From Anaerolineae bacterium (GTDB lineage: Bacteria > Chloroflexota > Anaerolineae > S140-20): a stretch of DNA of 64,000 nt. Numbering within the stretch: the stretch's first letter is position 1; the number at the start of each line of letters is the position of its first letter. A program made the translations under genes and the position numbers. Of the stretch, positions 36,605-44,690 are shown piece after piece. Where the stretch lies: positions 1-64,000 of the forward strand of contig JALUTT010000108.1 of assembly GCA_027021705.1 (NCBI GenBank), given 5' to 3'. Below the pieces are notes generated by a model. It was not told the DNA's origin. It made no database searches and saw only the letters and a list, made by a program, of their open reading frames with translations.

Positions 36605-37690
36605 TCACTCCCATATCCCTGCGATGGCGGTCTGACAGGATGGGCACCGCCCCTCCGGCGTCACCCGGTTCTCCAGGACGTAGAAGCCGTAGCGTCGGAT
36701 CAGCGTCTCGTGGCATTGAGGACAACGGGTGTCCTCGTAAGGCCCGACGCGACCTGGGAGGTTGCCTGCGTAGACGTAGCGTAACCCCTCTTCGTAGCCG
36801 ATCTCGGCGGCCCGGATCAACGCCTGAGCCGGAGTGTTGTCCGGGTCGGTCATCTTATAGTCCTTGTGGAAGGCGGTCACGTGCCAGGGGATGTCGGGCG
36901 AGACGCTGGCGATGAAGCGGGCCGCCTCCCGCAGCTCGGCCTCCGAATCGTTGAAGCCGGGCACGATGAGGGTGACGACCTCCACCCAGAAGCCCATCTC
37001 AAAGGTCCAGCGGATCGTGTTCAGGACGTGGTCGAGCACACCGCCCAGCTTCCGATAGTTGCGGTCGTCCATCGTCTTGAGGTCAATCTTGTAGCCATCG
37101 GTCCAGGGGCGCAAGTAGTCCAGCACCTCTGGCGTGGCGTTGCCGTTAGAGACGTAGGCACAGCGTAGCCCCTGCCGGCGGGCTAGACGGAAGATCTCGA
37201 CGGCCCACTCAGAGGTGATGAGAGGTTCATTGTAGGAACTGACGACGAGGCGAGCGCCGTGGTGGGTGGCCAGAGCGACGAGGGCTTCGGCAGTGATCTC
37301 GGTGGGAGTAACGCCGGCAGCCGGGTCCCGCAGGGCCTGGGAGGTCAGCCAGTTCTGGCAGTAACTACAGTGCAAGTCGCAGCCCAGCATCCCAAAGGTC
37401 AGGGCATCAGAGCCGGGAAGCAGGTGGAAGAAGGGCTTCTTCTCGGTGGGGTCCACCTGAAGCCCGGCGACGTATCCGTAGGGCACGTAGAGGACCCCAT
37501 CCCGGTTGAAACGAACCTGGCAGATCCCCCGGCGTCCTGGCCGGATCAGGCAGCGGTGGCCGCAGGCGTAGCAACGTACAGCACCATCCTCGCACCTCTC
37601 GTAGAGCTCGCCGGGCCTGCTCAGTCGGTCCAGCCGTTCGGCGAGGGGGAGGTCCTGGGATGGCGCACGGGAGGTCAATACTCGGATCAT
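36605..37690 (-). CDS. amrS: AmmeMemoRadiSam-type radical SAM enzyme
   Basis: CYACGHRC...GICQVR, DPTEKKP, CDLHCSYCQN, SYNEP, PWHVTAFH, YVYAGN, C-terminal Cys pairs. Confidence 0.88.
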   Translation of the reverse strand: MIRVLTSRAPSQDLPLAERLDRLSRPGELYERCEDGAVRCYACGHRCLIRPGRRGICQVRFNRDGVLYVPYGYVAGLQVDPTEKKPFFHLLPGSDALTFGMLGCDLHCSYCQNWLTSQALRDPAAGVTPTEITAEALVALATHHGARLVVSSYNEPLITSEWAVEIFRLARRQGLRCAYVSNGNATPEVLDYLRPWTDGYKIDLKTMDDRNYRKLGGVLDHVLNTIRWTFEMGFWVEVVTLIVPGFNDSEAELREAARFIASVSPDIPWHVTAFHKDYKMTDPDNTPAQALIRAAEIGYEEGLRYVYAGNLPGRVGPYEDTRCPQCHETLIRRYGFYVLENRVTPEGRCPSCQTAIAGIWE

Positions 37691-37913
37691 CGGCACCTCT
37701 CCCCCCTTTCCAGCCCTTGGTTGGCGCGAATAACCCCTGGGTCAAGGCTCTCGAAGTCTACCGGACTTCGGGAGCTTACGACAGGTAACCCAACGCTTCT
37801 TCACGCCAACAGCCCTTGCGGGCAGAAGGCTTCTTCCTCGGTGTGCTGAGGGGCGGGAGGGGAGCACCGTGCTCTCGGCTCAGGACACAACGCACCCTCC
37901 CCCTCCAAGCTAT

Positions 37914-37942
37914 AGCGTAACACGAAAGGGGGAGTCCGTCAA
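37914..37942 (-). promoter_or_regulatory. Sigma70-type promoter for the amrS operon
   Basis: TTGACG-17bp-TACGCT with TG extension on the minus strand. Confidence 0.55.
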
Positions 37943-37976
37943 GGCGCGAGGGGCCAGCACACCAGGGCTTTTCATC

Positions 37977-38089
37977 GCTCTAACCCTTTGGGGGAACCCT
38001 CCCGCAGGCCCTCCCCACGGCCTGAAGCGCGTCGTAGGTAGTCTTCGATGGTGTGGCAGTTGCCGGACACCGCAGGACCTGCGGGAGGG
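37977..38089. repeat. MITE/REP-like element (family C), copy 2
   Basis: gctctaaccc...ccctcccgcagg...cctgcgggaggg; aligns end to end with 35281-35395. Confidence 0.8.
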
Positions 38090-38129
38090 GAACAATTTTG
38101 GGAAGCCCTAGCCAGCACACCTGTTCGCC

Positions 38130-38158
38130 TTGTCATTTTGGGCGATTTGTGTTATAGT
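38130..38158 (+). promoter_or_regulatory. Sigma70-type promoter of the 6S RNA
   Basis: TTGTCA-17bp-TATAGT. Confidence 0.75.
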
Positions 38159-38164
38159 ATAGCT

Positions 38165-38341
38165 GAACCCTGCTGTGTGCGTGATGGCGCTTTTGCGGTT
38201 TTGAGCCAACACCTACTTCAAAGGGGACCGGCTTCCCGGGCGGGATGCGCTAGCCCGCAAGGGCAAGGCAGAACGACCGGGTAGGTTCCCACCTGCGAGA
38301 GCAGGTTCAAAACGGCGCTCCACACGGCACAGCGGGGTTGC
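38165..38341 (+). ncRNA. ssrS: 6S RNA
   Basis: About 175-nt rod: aaccctgctgtg pairs with cacagcggggtt and ttttgagc with gttcaaaa. Contains cccacctgcgagagcaggttcaaaac...acggcac, resembling the 3' strand of Bacillus-type 6S RNA. Has its own promoter and terminator. Confidence 0.85.
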
Positions 38342-38356
38342 TCTTTGTAAGTTCCT

Positions 38357-38393
38357 TGGGTAGCGGACCGGTGCTGTCCGCTACCCAGTTTTT
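38357..38393 (+). terminator. Intrinsic terminator after the 6S RNA
   Basis: tgggtagcggac-cggtgct-gtccgctaccca then gttttt. Confidence 0.85.
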
Positions 38394-38438
38394 CGTCACC
38401 GAGGCGACCAACCCCTTCGGCAAATCTTTTTGAAACCC

Positions 38439-38467
38439 TTGACACACCCACACCTTTATGCTATCCT
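38439..38467 (+). promoter_or_regulatory. Sigma70-type promoter for the MBL-fold gene
   Basis: TTGACA-17bp-TATCCT with TG extension. Confidence 0.7.
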
Positions 38468-38521
38468 GACACGTGAAGCTCATCTCCAACTCAAACCCTT
38501 CCCCTGAGGACACGTGTACCT

Positions 38522-39361
38522 ATGCTGCAGGAGCGGGTTTCTGACGACATCCACGTCTTTACCAGCGAACGATACGCCCAGGTCACGGCCAGTTTGGTCG
38601 TGACCCCTGCGGGGGGGATTCTGGTAGACACACTCCCCTTCCCCGATGAGACTCGGGAGATCGCGGCGTTCGCTGCCCGTCGGTGCCCGGCAGGCATTCG
38701 GTACATTGTCCTGACCCACTACCACGCAGACCACACCTACGGAGCCTACCTATTTCCCCAAGCCGAGGTGGTGGCTCACCGACTCTGCCGGGAGCGCCTC
38801 ATCACTCTGGGCATCCCCGCCCTGGCCGAAGCCAAGGAGGAGACCCCAGAGCTGGCCGAGGTGGAACTGCGTTTCCCCGATCTCATCTTCGACGAGGGAG
38901 AGCTCTACCTGCACCTGGGGGGCAAGACGCTCAGGCTCTTCGCCACGCCGGGCCACACAGTGGACTCTATCGCCGTACACGTCATGGAGGAAAACATCCT
39001 CCTGGCCGCCGATGCGATGATGCCGGTGCCGACGATTATGGACGGCGACCTGGAGGCGATGCTCCAATCGCTGCGTGCCCTGCAGCAGCAGCGATTTGAG
39101 AGCGTCGTGCAGGGGCATGGAGAGGTCCTACTGCGTGGGGAGATCCCTATCCGGCTGGAGGCCAACATCCGCTACCTGGAGACCATTCGGGACCTGGTCC
39201 AGGAAGCCTTGGCCGAGGGACGTCCCAAGGAAAGCCTGCGCACCATCTCCATCGAGGATTGTGGGCTCTCCCGCATCCCTCTGAACGGTCTGGTCCAGCA
39301 ACTCCACGTGGCCAACCTGATGGTACTCTATGAGCGGATGGCTCAGCCCCAGCGGGTGTAG
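38522..39361 (+). CDS. MBL-fold metallo-hydrolase
   Basis: LVDT, THYHADH, TPGHT, AAD, QGHG. Confidence 0.88.
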   Translation: MLQERVSDDIHVFTSERYAQVTASLVVTPAGGILVDTLPFPDETREIAAFAARRCPAGIRYIVLTHYHADHTYGAYLFPQAEVVAHRLCRERLITLGIPALAEAKEETPELAEVELRFPDLIFDEGELYLHLGGKTLRLFATPGHTVDSIAVHVMEENILLAADAMMPVPTIMDGDLEAMLQSLRALQQQRFESVVQGHGEVLLRGEIPIRLEANIRYLETIRDLVQEALAEGRPKESLRTISIEDCGLSRIPLNGLVQQLHVANLMVLYERMAQPQRV

Positions 39362-39553
39362 GTTGGCCGTCCGGCCCCGCCCGGTGGCCATCCGAGCTCG
39401 GCGAGCCAAGCGCCACCGAGTTCCCCCTCAACCAGGCGGCCGAAGCCCGGCAGAGGATGGGGGAGGCGACAACGAGGGAGCGGGAAGCCCCCTGGCACAA
39501 GATTGAAAGGATCGGCCCGCCGGCTCGGCCAACCGCAGCCCGCGGGAAGATGC

Positions 39554-39967
39554 ATGGAGAAACCCACGGACTACCAGATCCTCTTTGATGGAGGAAGCCA
39601 CGGCAACCCCGGACCGGCCTACGGCAGCTATGCCCTGACCCGCGTCGCCGACGGGAAACAGGAGATCGTGCGGCTCTCCTTCGACCGACCAATGACCAAC
39701 AACGAGGCCGAGTACGAGACGATGATCGCTGCCCTCTCGGACCTGATCGGGCGGATCGAACGGGCCCACCGTTCCCCTGATCAGTTCACCGTGGCGATCG
39801 AAGGGGACAGCCAATTGGTGATCCGTCAGGTGCTGGGGACGTGGAAGGCGCGGGACGAACGGATGCGGGCGTATCGTGACCGGGTGCGTGCGCTGTTGGA
39901 CCGCTTCGGAGGATACCGCCTGAGGCAGCGGCCACGCCAGGAGATCGTCCAGGTGTTGGGCCACTAA
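39554..39967 (+). CDS. Ribonuclease HI family protein
   Basis: FDGGSHGNPGP, TNNEAEY, GDSQLV. Confidence 0.85.
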   Translation: MEKPTDYQILFDGGSHGNPGPAYGSYALTRVADGKQEIVRLSFDRPMTNNEAEYETMIAALSDLIGRIERAHRSPDQFTVAIEGDSQLVIRQVLGTWKARDERMRAYRDRVRALLDRFGGYRLRQRPRQEIVQVLGH

Positions 39968-39977
39968 GGGTGAACGC

Positions 39978-41186
39978 TCAGTTCAGGATGCCGGCCCGGA
40001 GCAAGGCCAACGTGGCCGCGCCGATGGCGCTGGCATCCCGTCCAAAGTTGGTGGGTAGAATGCGCACGCTGTGGGCAGGGCGCTGCAGAGCCCGCACCTG
40101 AACGGCGTGGCGCACGGCTTCAAAGAAGAGGTCGCCAGCCTCGGTGATGAGTCCCCCGATGACCACTGCGTTAGGGTTGAGCAGGTTGACCAGGTTGGCA
40201 ACGCCCACCCCCACGTAGCGGCCCGTCTGTTCGACCAGGGAGCGGGCAAAGCTGTCTCCCCCCTGAGCCAGGGCGACGATCGCCTCAACCGTCACATGGT
40301 CTGGATCCAGCGCCGTCTGGGCTCCCTGGCGGACGCCCTTGAGGGCTCGGCGGACGATGGCCGGATTGGCAGCCAGCGCCTCCAAGCAGCCGTAGTTCCC
40401 GCACGCACAGCGGGGGCCATCTTCGTCCACAGTCGTGTGCCCTACCTCCCCGGCCCATCCATCGCCCCCCAGGTAGAGCTGCCCTCCCAACACCAGCCCC
40501 GCTCCAATGCCCCGGCCCACGTTCAGGTAGACCACATTGGGCAGATCGCGAGCGACCCCAAAATGGTGCTCGGCCAACGCCATCCCCCGGGCGTTGTTGA
40601 TGAGGGCAGCCGGCAAACCGGTCGCTTCGGAAACGAGGGGGACCAGCGGCCACCCCTCCAGCGGCCACTGGGGGTGCCAGACCACCTCGCCCGTCTCGAT
40701 GTCGGCCAGCCCCCGCATCGCCAGACCGATTCCGAGGACCTGTTTCCGCTCCACACCGGCCCGTTCTATGACCTCCTGGATGGTGGTGAGGACCGCCCGA
40801 AGGATGCCCTCTCGCGTCCCATCGGCAGCAGCCGTGGCCCGAGCCAGGACCTGGATGGCGAGGTTGGTCAGCAGGGCTTCGACCTCGTCGGTGCTGATGT
40901 CCACCCCGATCACGAAGCCGTGGCTGACGTTGAAGGCGTAGAGGCGGGCCGGACGCCCCGCCCGACGCTCCCCGGCCGCGGTGGGGGACCGCTCTTCGAC
41001 CACCAACCCCTCTTCCTCCAACTCGGCGATGATGGAAAGCACGGTGGCCGGGGTCAGGGAGGTCAGCCGGGCGATCTCCGGCTGTCCGATAGGCCCCTGG
41101 GTGCGGATCAGATCCAGCACCGCCCTGCGGTTCATCTGGCGAATCAGTTGGACACCACCCGTCGTCAAAGGGCTCTTCGCTCCCAC
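39978..41186 (-). CDS. ROK family transcriptional regulator
   Basis: N-terminal HTH, GRPA, GVDI, GEVGH, CACGNYGCLE, LNP. Confidence 0.92.
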   Translation of the reverse strand: MGAKSPLTTGGVQLIRQMNRRAVLDLIRTQGPIGQPEIARLTSLTPATVLSIIAELEEEGLVVEERSPTAAGERRAGRPARLYAFNVSHGFVIGVDISTDEVEALLTNLAIQVLARATAAADGTREGILRAVLTTIQEVIERAGVERKQVLGIGLAMRGLADIETGEVVWHPQWPLEGWPLVPLVSEATGLPAALINNARGMALAEHHFGVARDLPNVVYLNVGRGIGAGLVLGGQLYLGGDGWAGEVGHTTVDEDGPRCACGNYGCLEALAANPAIVRRALKGVRQGAQTALDPDHVTVEAIVALAQGGDSFARSLVEQTGRYVGVGVANLVNLLNPNAVVIGGLITEAGDLFFEAVRHAVQVRALQRPAHSVRILPTNFGRDASAIGAATLALLRAGILN

Positions 41187-41221
41187 TGTCCGTCCCCGCT
41201 CTCGATTTTTCTACCTCCTCA

Positions 41222-41324
41222 AGTTTATCACGCTTTGCCCGGGGAGTCAAAGGTCTGATCGTTCGAACTCTGGTAAAACGGGGAGGGAAGCCCGCTTGAC
41301 TCCATCTGGAGAATGTGCCATAAT
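41222..41324. promoter_or_regulatory. Back-to-back divergent sigma70-type promoters
   Basis: Minus strand TTGACT-17bp-TAAACT (41250-41222); plus strand TTGACT-17bp-CATAAT (41296-41324). Confidence 0.65.
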
Positions 41325-41368
41325 GAGGTTGTTCCTGCTCTGAGGTGGTCCCCTGTGAGGAGGCTTCT

Positions 41369-42238
41369 ATGACGAACGGCACCGTTCTAATCGTGGACAC
41401 AGACCCTGATCAGGTCCGGGTGCTGCGAGAGGCACTGGAGGACGATGGCTTCGACGTGCTCACGGCCCAGCAAGGAGAGGAGGCGTGGCAGCTCTGCCGG
41501 CGTCATCTCCCCCAGGCGGTAGTGCTCTCCCTCTCGCTGCCCGATGTGGATGGCTACGAGATCCTGCGACGCATCCGCAACGCCCTGCGTACCCGGCACA
41601 TCCACGTGACGCTCCTCACCGAACGTCACGAGCGACGAGACAAGATCGCCGGCCTCGAACTGGGTGCCGACGATTACGTCGTCAAGCCCTTCGACCTGGA
41701 GGAATTGCGGCTGCGCGTGCGCAACGCCCTCCGCCGGGCCCAGGCCGGGAGCCTCACCGATCCGGCCACAGGTCTGCCGGGACGACGGCTCATCCAGGAG
41801 CACCTGCGGGAACTGCTCACCAGTCAGCACAATTGGGCCTTGCTGCGCATCACCGTGAGGCACCTGGACGCCTTCAGCGAGGTATACGGATTTATGGCCG
41901 GCGAGGATTTCCTGCGCTTGGTCGCTCGCCTGCTGACAGAGGCTGTGGACGAACTGGGAACCCCCTCCGACTTCATCGGCCACAGTGGCGGTGAGGAGTT
42001 CGTCATCATCACGGACAGCCAGCGAGCGGCCCCGATGATCGCCTACCTGGAAGAGCGCTTCCCCGCCTTCAGTCAGATGGTCTACTCCTACAAAGAACGA
42101 GAGCAGGGCTACCTGCTCGTGGGAGGACGGGAAGAGGAACCCCAACGGATCCCCCTGATGAACCTGGAGATCCGCAAGGTGACCGCCGCGGACGGGCCTT
42201 TCTCCGACATTGTGGAGCTCACCGAGGCCATCCAATGA
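41369..42238 (+). CDS. Atypical receiver plus degenerate GGDEF-domain protein
   Basis: Receiver fold (GADDYVVKPF) with Ser at the phospho-Asp position; DPATGLP and GHSGGEEF. Confidence 0.82.
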   Translation: MTNGTVLIVDTDPDQVRVLREALEDDGFDVLTAQQGEEAWQLCRRHLPQAVVLSLSLPDVDGYEILRRIRNALRTRHIHVTLLTERHERRDKIAGLELGADDYVVKPFDLEELRLRVRNALRRAQAGSLTDPATGLPGRRLIQEHLRELLTSQHNWALLRITVRHLDAFSEVYGFMAGEDFLRLVARLLTEAVDELGTPSDFIGHSGGEEFVIITDSQRAAPMIAYLEERFPAFSQMVYSYKEREQGYLLVGGREEEPQRIPLMNLEIRKVTAADGPFSDIVELTEAIQ

Positions 42239-43437
42239 GGCTGGGGGGGACCGGGCTGTTGACCGTGCTCATCCTGGCGAGCACGATGTTGGTGCTTGGC
42301 TGCAGCGGGGTGGTCGTGCCAACGCCCTCGCCGACCGCTCCGACGACGCCCGTGACAGAACCTGTCCTTCCCTCCCTTCCCTCCCCCCAGGCTGAGATCC
42401 TTCCTTTACCTTCACCCTCTCCTGGGCCCTCGCCAGAGCCGACAGCCACCCCTCTCCAACCAAGATCGCTGCTCATCGAAGGGCTCCAGGCGGAACGGTT
42501 GATCGGTGACCCCCAGGTCGCTCCCACCTTCTACGCCCTGACACCGGCAGGGCTCTACATCACCCAGGACGGCGGTCGCACCTGGGCGCTGGTCACCCCC
42601 ATTCCCCAACAGGAAGAGTTCGTCTTCAGCCCGGCGGCGCCGGCCATCCTCTACGCCGGCCAGGGATACGACTGCTACCGGGGAGGTGGCGACGTCCCCT
42701 TCTACAAGAGCGTGGATGGGGGGGCTGTGTGGACAGAGGTGCCCGGGGGCATCAACCTCCATCCGGTGGCCGTGCATCCCCAGGATCCCCAACGGCTCTG
42801 GGCCATCGGCTGCGAAGGTCCCTACTTCTCCGCCGATGGGGGGGTCACCTGGGTGCTGCGAGGGGGAGCGCCCTTCCAGAGCTATCGGGTCGAGTTCCTG
42901 ATCCCCGTCTTCACCGACTGGAAGCAGGTCTACGCGGGCATCAACTCCGAGGGAGGGGCGGGGGCGATCATCGCCAGCCGCGATGGGGGGCGCACCTGGC
43001 AGGTGCTCATCGCCGATCTGCCCGGAGCAGCGACCTGGATCCAGGCCCTCTACGTGATGCCCCACGATGGCCGGCGCCTCTTCTTCGCCACCCCCACCGG
43101 CGTCTGGCTCAGCCAGGATGGTGGGGAGACGTGGGCCCAATCTACCGCCGGCCTGGAGGATGTGCTCTATCGGGAGGACTCCTTCGCCACCCGGTTCGGC
43201 TTCCAGACCTTGGTGGCCGAGGAGGAAACAGGGGACCTCTACCTAGGCTCCGTGCGCGGGCTCTACGTGAGCCGCGATGGGGGAAAGCAGTGGAGTCGGC
43301 TGGAGGGAACGCCTTGGGACGATGAGATGATCCTGGACGTGGATCTGTCGTCCGGGGAGAAGCGGCAGCTCTACGTGACGACAGCCCAAGGGGTCTTCGT
43401 GATGGAGCTCCCCACTGGTAGAAAGGACACCGATTGA
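42235..43437 (+). CDS. Lipoprotein with BNR/Asp-box beta-propeller
   Basis: Lipobox VLG-C, Pro-rich linker, six (S/T)xDGGxxW motifs. Confidence 0.8.
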   Translation: MRLGGTGLLTVLILASTMLVLGCSGVVVPTPSPTAPTTPVTEPVLPSLPSPQAEILPLPSPSPGPSPEPTATPLQPRSLLIEGLQAERLIGDPQVAPTFYALTPAGLYITQDGGRTWALVTPIPQQEEFVFSPAAPAILYAGQGYDCYRGGGDVPFYKSVDGGAVWTEVPGGINLHPVAVHPQDPQRLWAIGCEGPYFSADGGVTWVLRGGAPFQSYRVEFLIPVFTDWKQVYAGINSEGGAGAIIASRDGGRTWQVLIADLPGAATWIQALYVMPHDGRRLFFATPTGVWLSQDGGETWAQSTAGLEDVLYREDSFATRFGFQTLVAEEETGDLYLGSVRGLYVSRDGGKQWSRLEGTPWDDEMILDVDLSSGEKRQLYVTTAQGVFVMELPTGRKDTD

Positions 43438-43467
43438 GGACGGAGGCTGCGGCCCCCAGGACGGAGG

Positions 43468-44046
43468 CTACCCCTTCTCTGGAGGGAGAGCCTTCGCCAG
43501 CCGGTTCCGGTTCCGATCGGGGACATGGCGGACGAAGATCACCAGCGCAGCGGCCAGGACGAGAGGCCAAGGACCCCGAACCGCCCAGGCCAGCAGCGGG
43601 GCGAGAAGGGCGGTGCCCATCGTTGCCCGGGGCGCGTGCCGGAAGAGAAGGTAGACGAGGCCCCAGAGGACGATCAGGAGGGGGATCATCAGGGGCGAGG
43701 TGACCAGCAGCGTCCCGCAAAAGGTGCCTATGCCCATGCCGCCTCGAAAGCCCAGGTAGAAGGGCCAGCAGTGGCCGGCGATGACCGCCATCCCGGCCAG
43801 CGGGACGGCCCAAGGGGAGGGGTTCAGCCGAGAGACCAGCCAGACCGCCAGCGCCCCCTTGCCGATATCGCCGACGCCGGTCAGGAGCAGCCCGACCGGC
43901 CCCACGGTGCGATAGACGTTCAGTCCACCGGTGTGACCACTGCCGTAGTCCCTGGGGTCCCGACCAGCCAGCGCCCGGCCGACCAACACCCCCGTGGGAA
44001 AGGTGCCGATGAGATAACTGACGAGAATCAGGAACGCGAGGGGCAT
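43468..44046 (-). CDS. plsY: Glycerol-3-phosphate acyltransferase PlsY family
   Basis: SYLIGTFP, GSGHTGGLNVYR, DIGKG, GHCWP..FRGGMG, RH. Confidence 0.85.
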   Translation of the reverse strand: MPLAFLILVSYLIGTFPTGVLVGRALAGRDPRDYGSGHTGGLNVYRTVGPVGLLLTGVGDIGKGALAVWLVSRLNPSPWAVPLAGMAVIAGHCWPFYLGFRGGMGIGTFCGTLLVTSPLMIPLLIVLWGLVYLLFRHAPRATMGTALLAPLLAWAVRGPWPLVLAAALVIFVRHVPDRNRNRLAKALPPEKG

Positions 44047-44090
44047 CTCAGAGAACAGAGCCTTCCTAATCCCAGGCAGTTCCGCCACCT

Positions 44091-44690
44091 CTACCGCCGG
44101 GCAGCCAGCAGGGCCTCCAGGAGAGGACGGACGGCCTGGAAGGCGCGGGCTCGATGGCTGATGCGGTTCTTCTCCTCCGGCGGGAGTTCCGCCATCGTGC
44201 ACCCCCGATCCGGTAGGTAGAAGATAGGATCGTAGCCGAAGCCGCCCTTGCCACGAGGGGCCGTGAGGATCCGTCCCTCACAGGTCCCCTCGGCTGTCTG
44301 GACGGTGCCATCGGGAGTGGCCAGGGCGATCACACAGCGGAAGCGGGCCGTGCGCGCATCTTCGGGGACGCCCGCCAGGGCTCGCAGCAACGCAGCAATG
44401 CGATCCTCATCCTCTCCCGGTGCGTAGCGGGCCGAGTAAAGGCCCGGTGCGCCGTCCAGAGCGTCCACCTCCAGGCCGGAGTCGTCGGCCAAGGCAAGGA
44501 GGCCACTGGCCTGGGCGTAGGTCAGCGCCTTCAAGCGGGCGTTCTCCTCGTATGTGCTCCCCCTTTCGATCCCCTCCTGCCTGCTCAGTCCAATCTCCTC
44601 GGGGCTGACTAGGGTGACGGGGAGGTCGGCCAACAGAGCGGCGTATTCCCGCAGCTTCCCCCGGTTGTGGGTGGCGATCAGCAGCTTCAT
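44091..44690 (-). CDS. rdgB: RdgB/HAM1 non-canonical purine NTP pyrophosphatase
   Basis: [39 protein letters not shown]. Confidence 0.95.
   Translation of the reverse strand: MKLLIATHNRGKLREYAALLADLPVTLVSPEEIGLSRQEGIERGSTYEENARLKALTYAQASGLLALADDSGLEVDALDGAPGLYSARYAPGEDEDRIAALLRALAGVPEDARTARFRCVIALATPDGTVQTAEGTCEGRILTAPRGKGGFGYDPIFYLPDRGCTMAELPPEEKNRISHRARAFQAVRPLLEALLAARR

Noticed and set aside
38165..38341. SRP RNA, tmRNA or riboswitch identity for this RNA
   Set aside because: It lacks the SRP domain IV motif and tRNA-like ends, and the downstream gene has its own promoter; the rod structure and 3' motif fit 6S RNA.
39554..39967. RNase H as a sign of a retroelement
   Set aside because: It is a stand-alone cellular RNase HI-like gene with no reverse transcriptase or integrase nearby.
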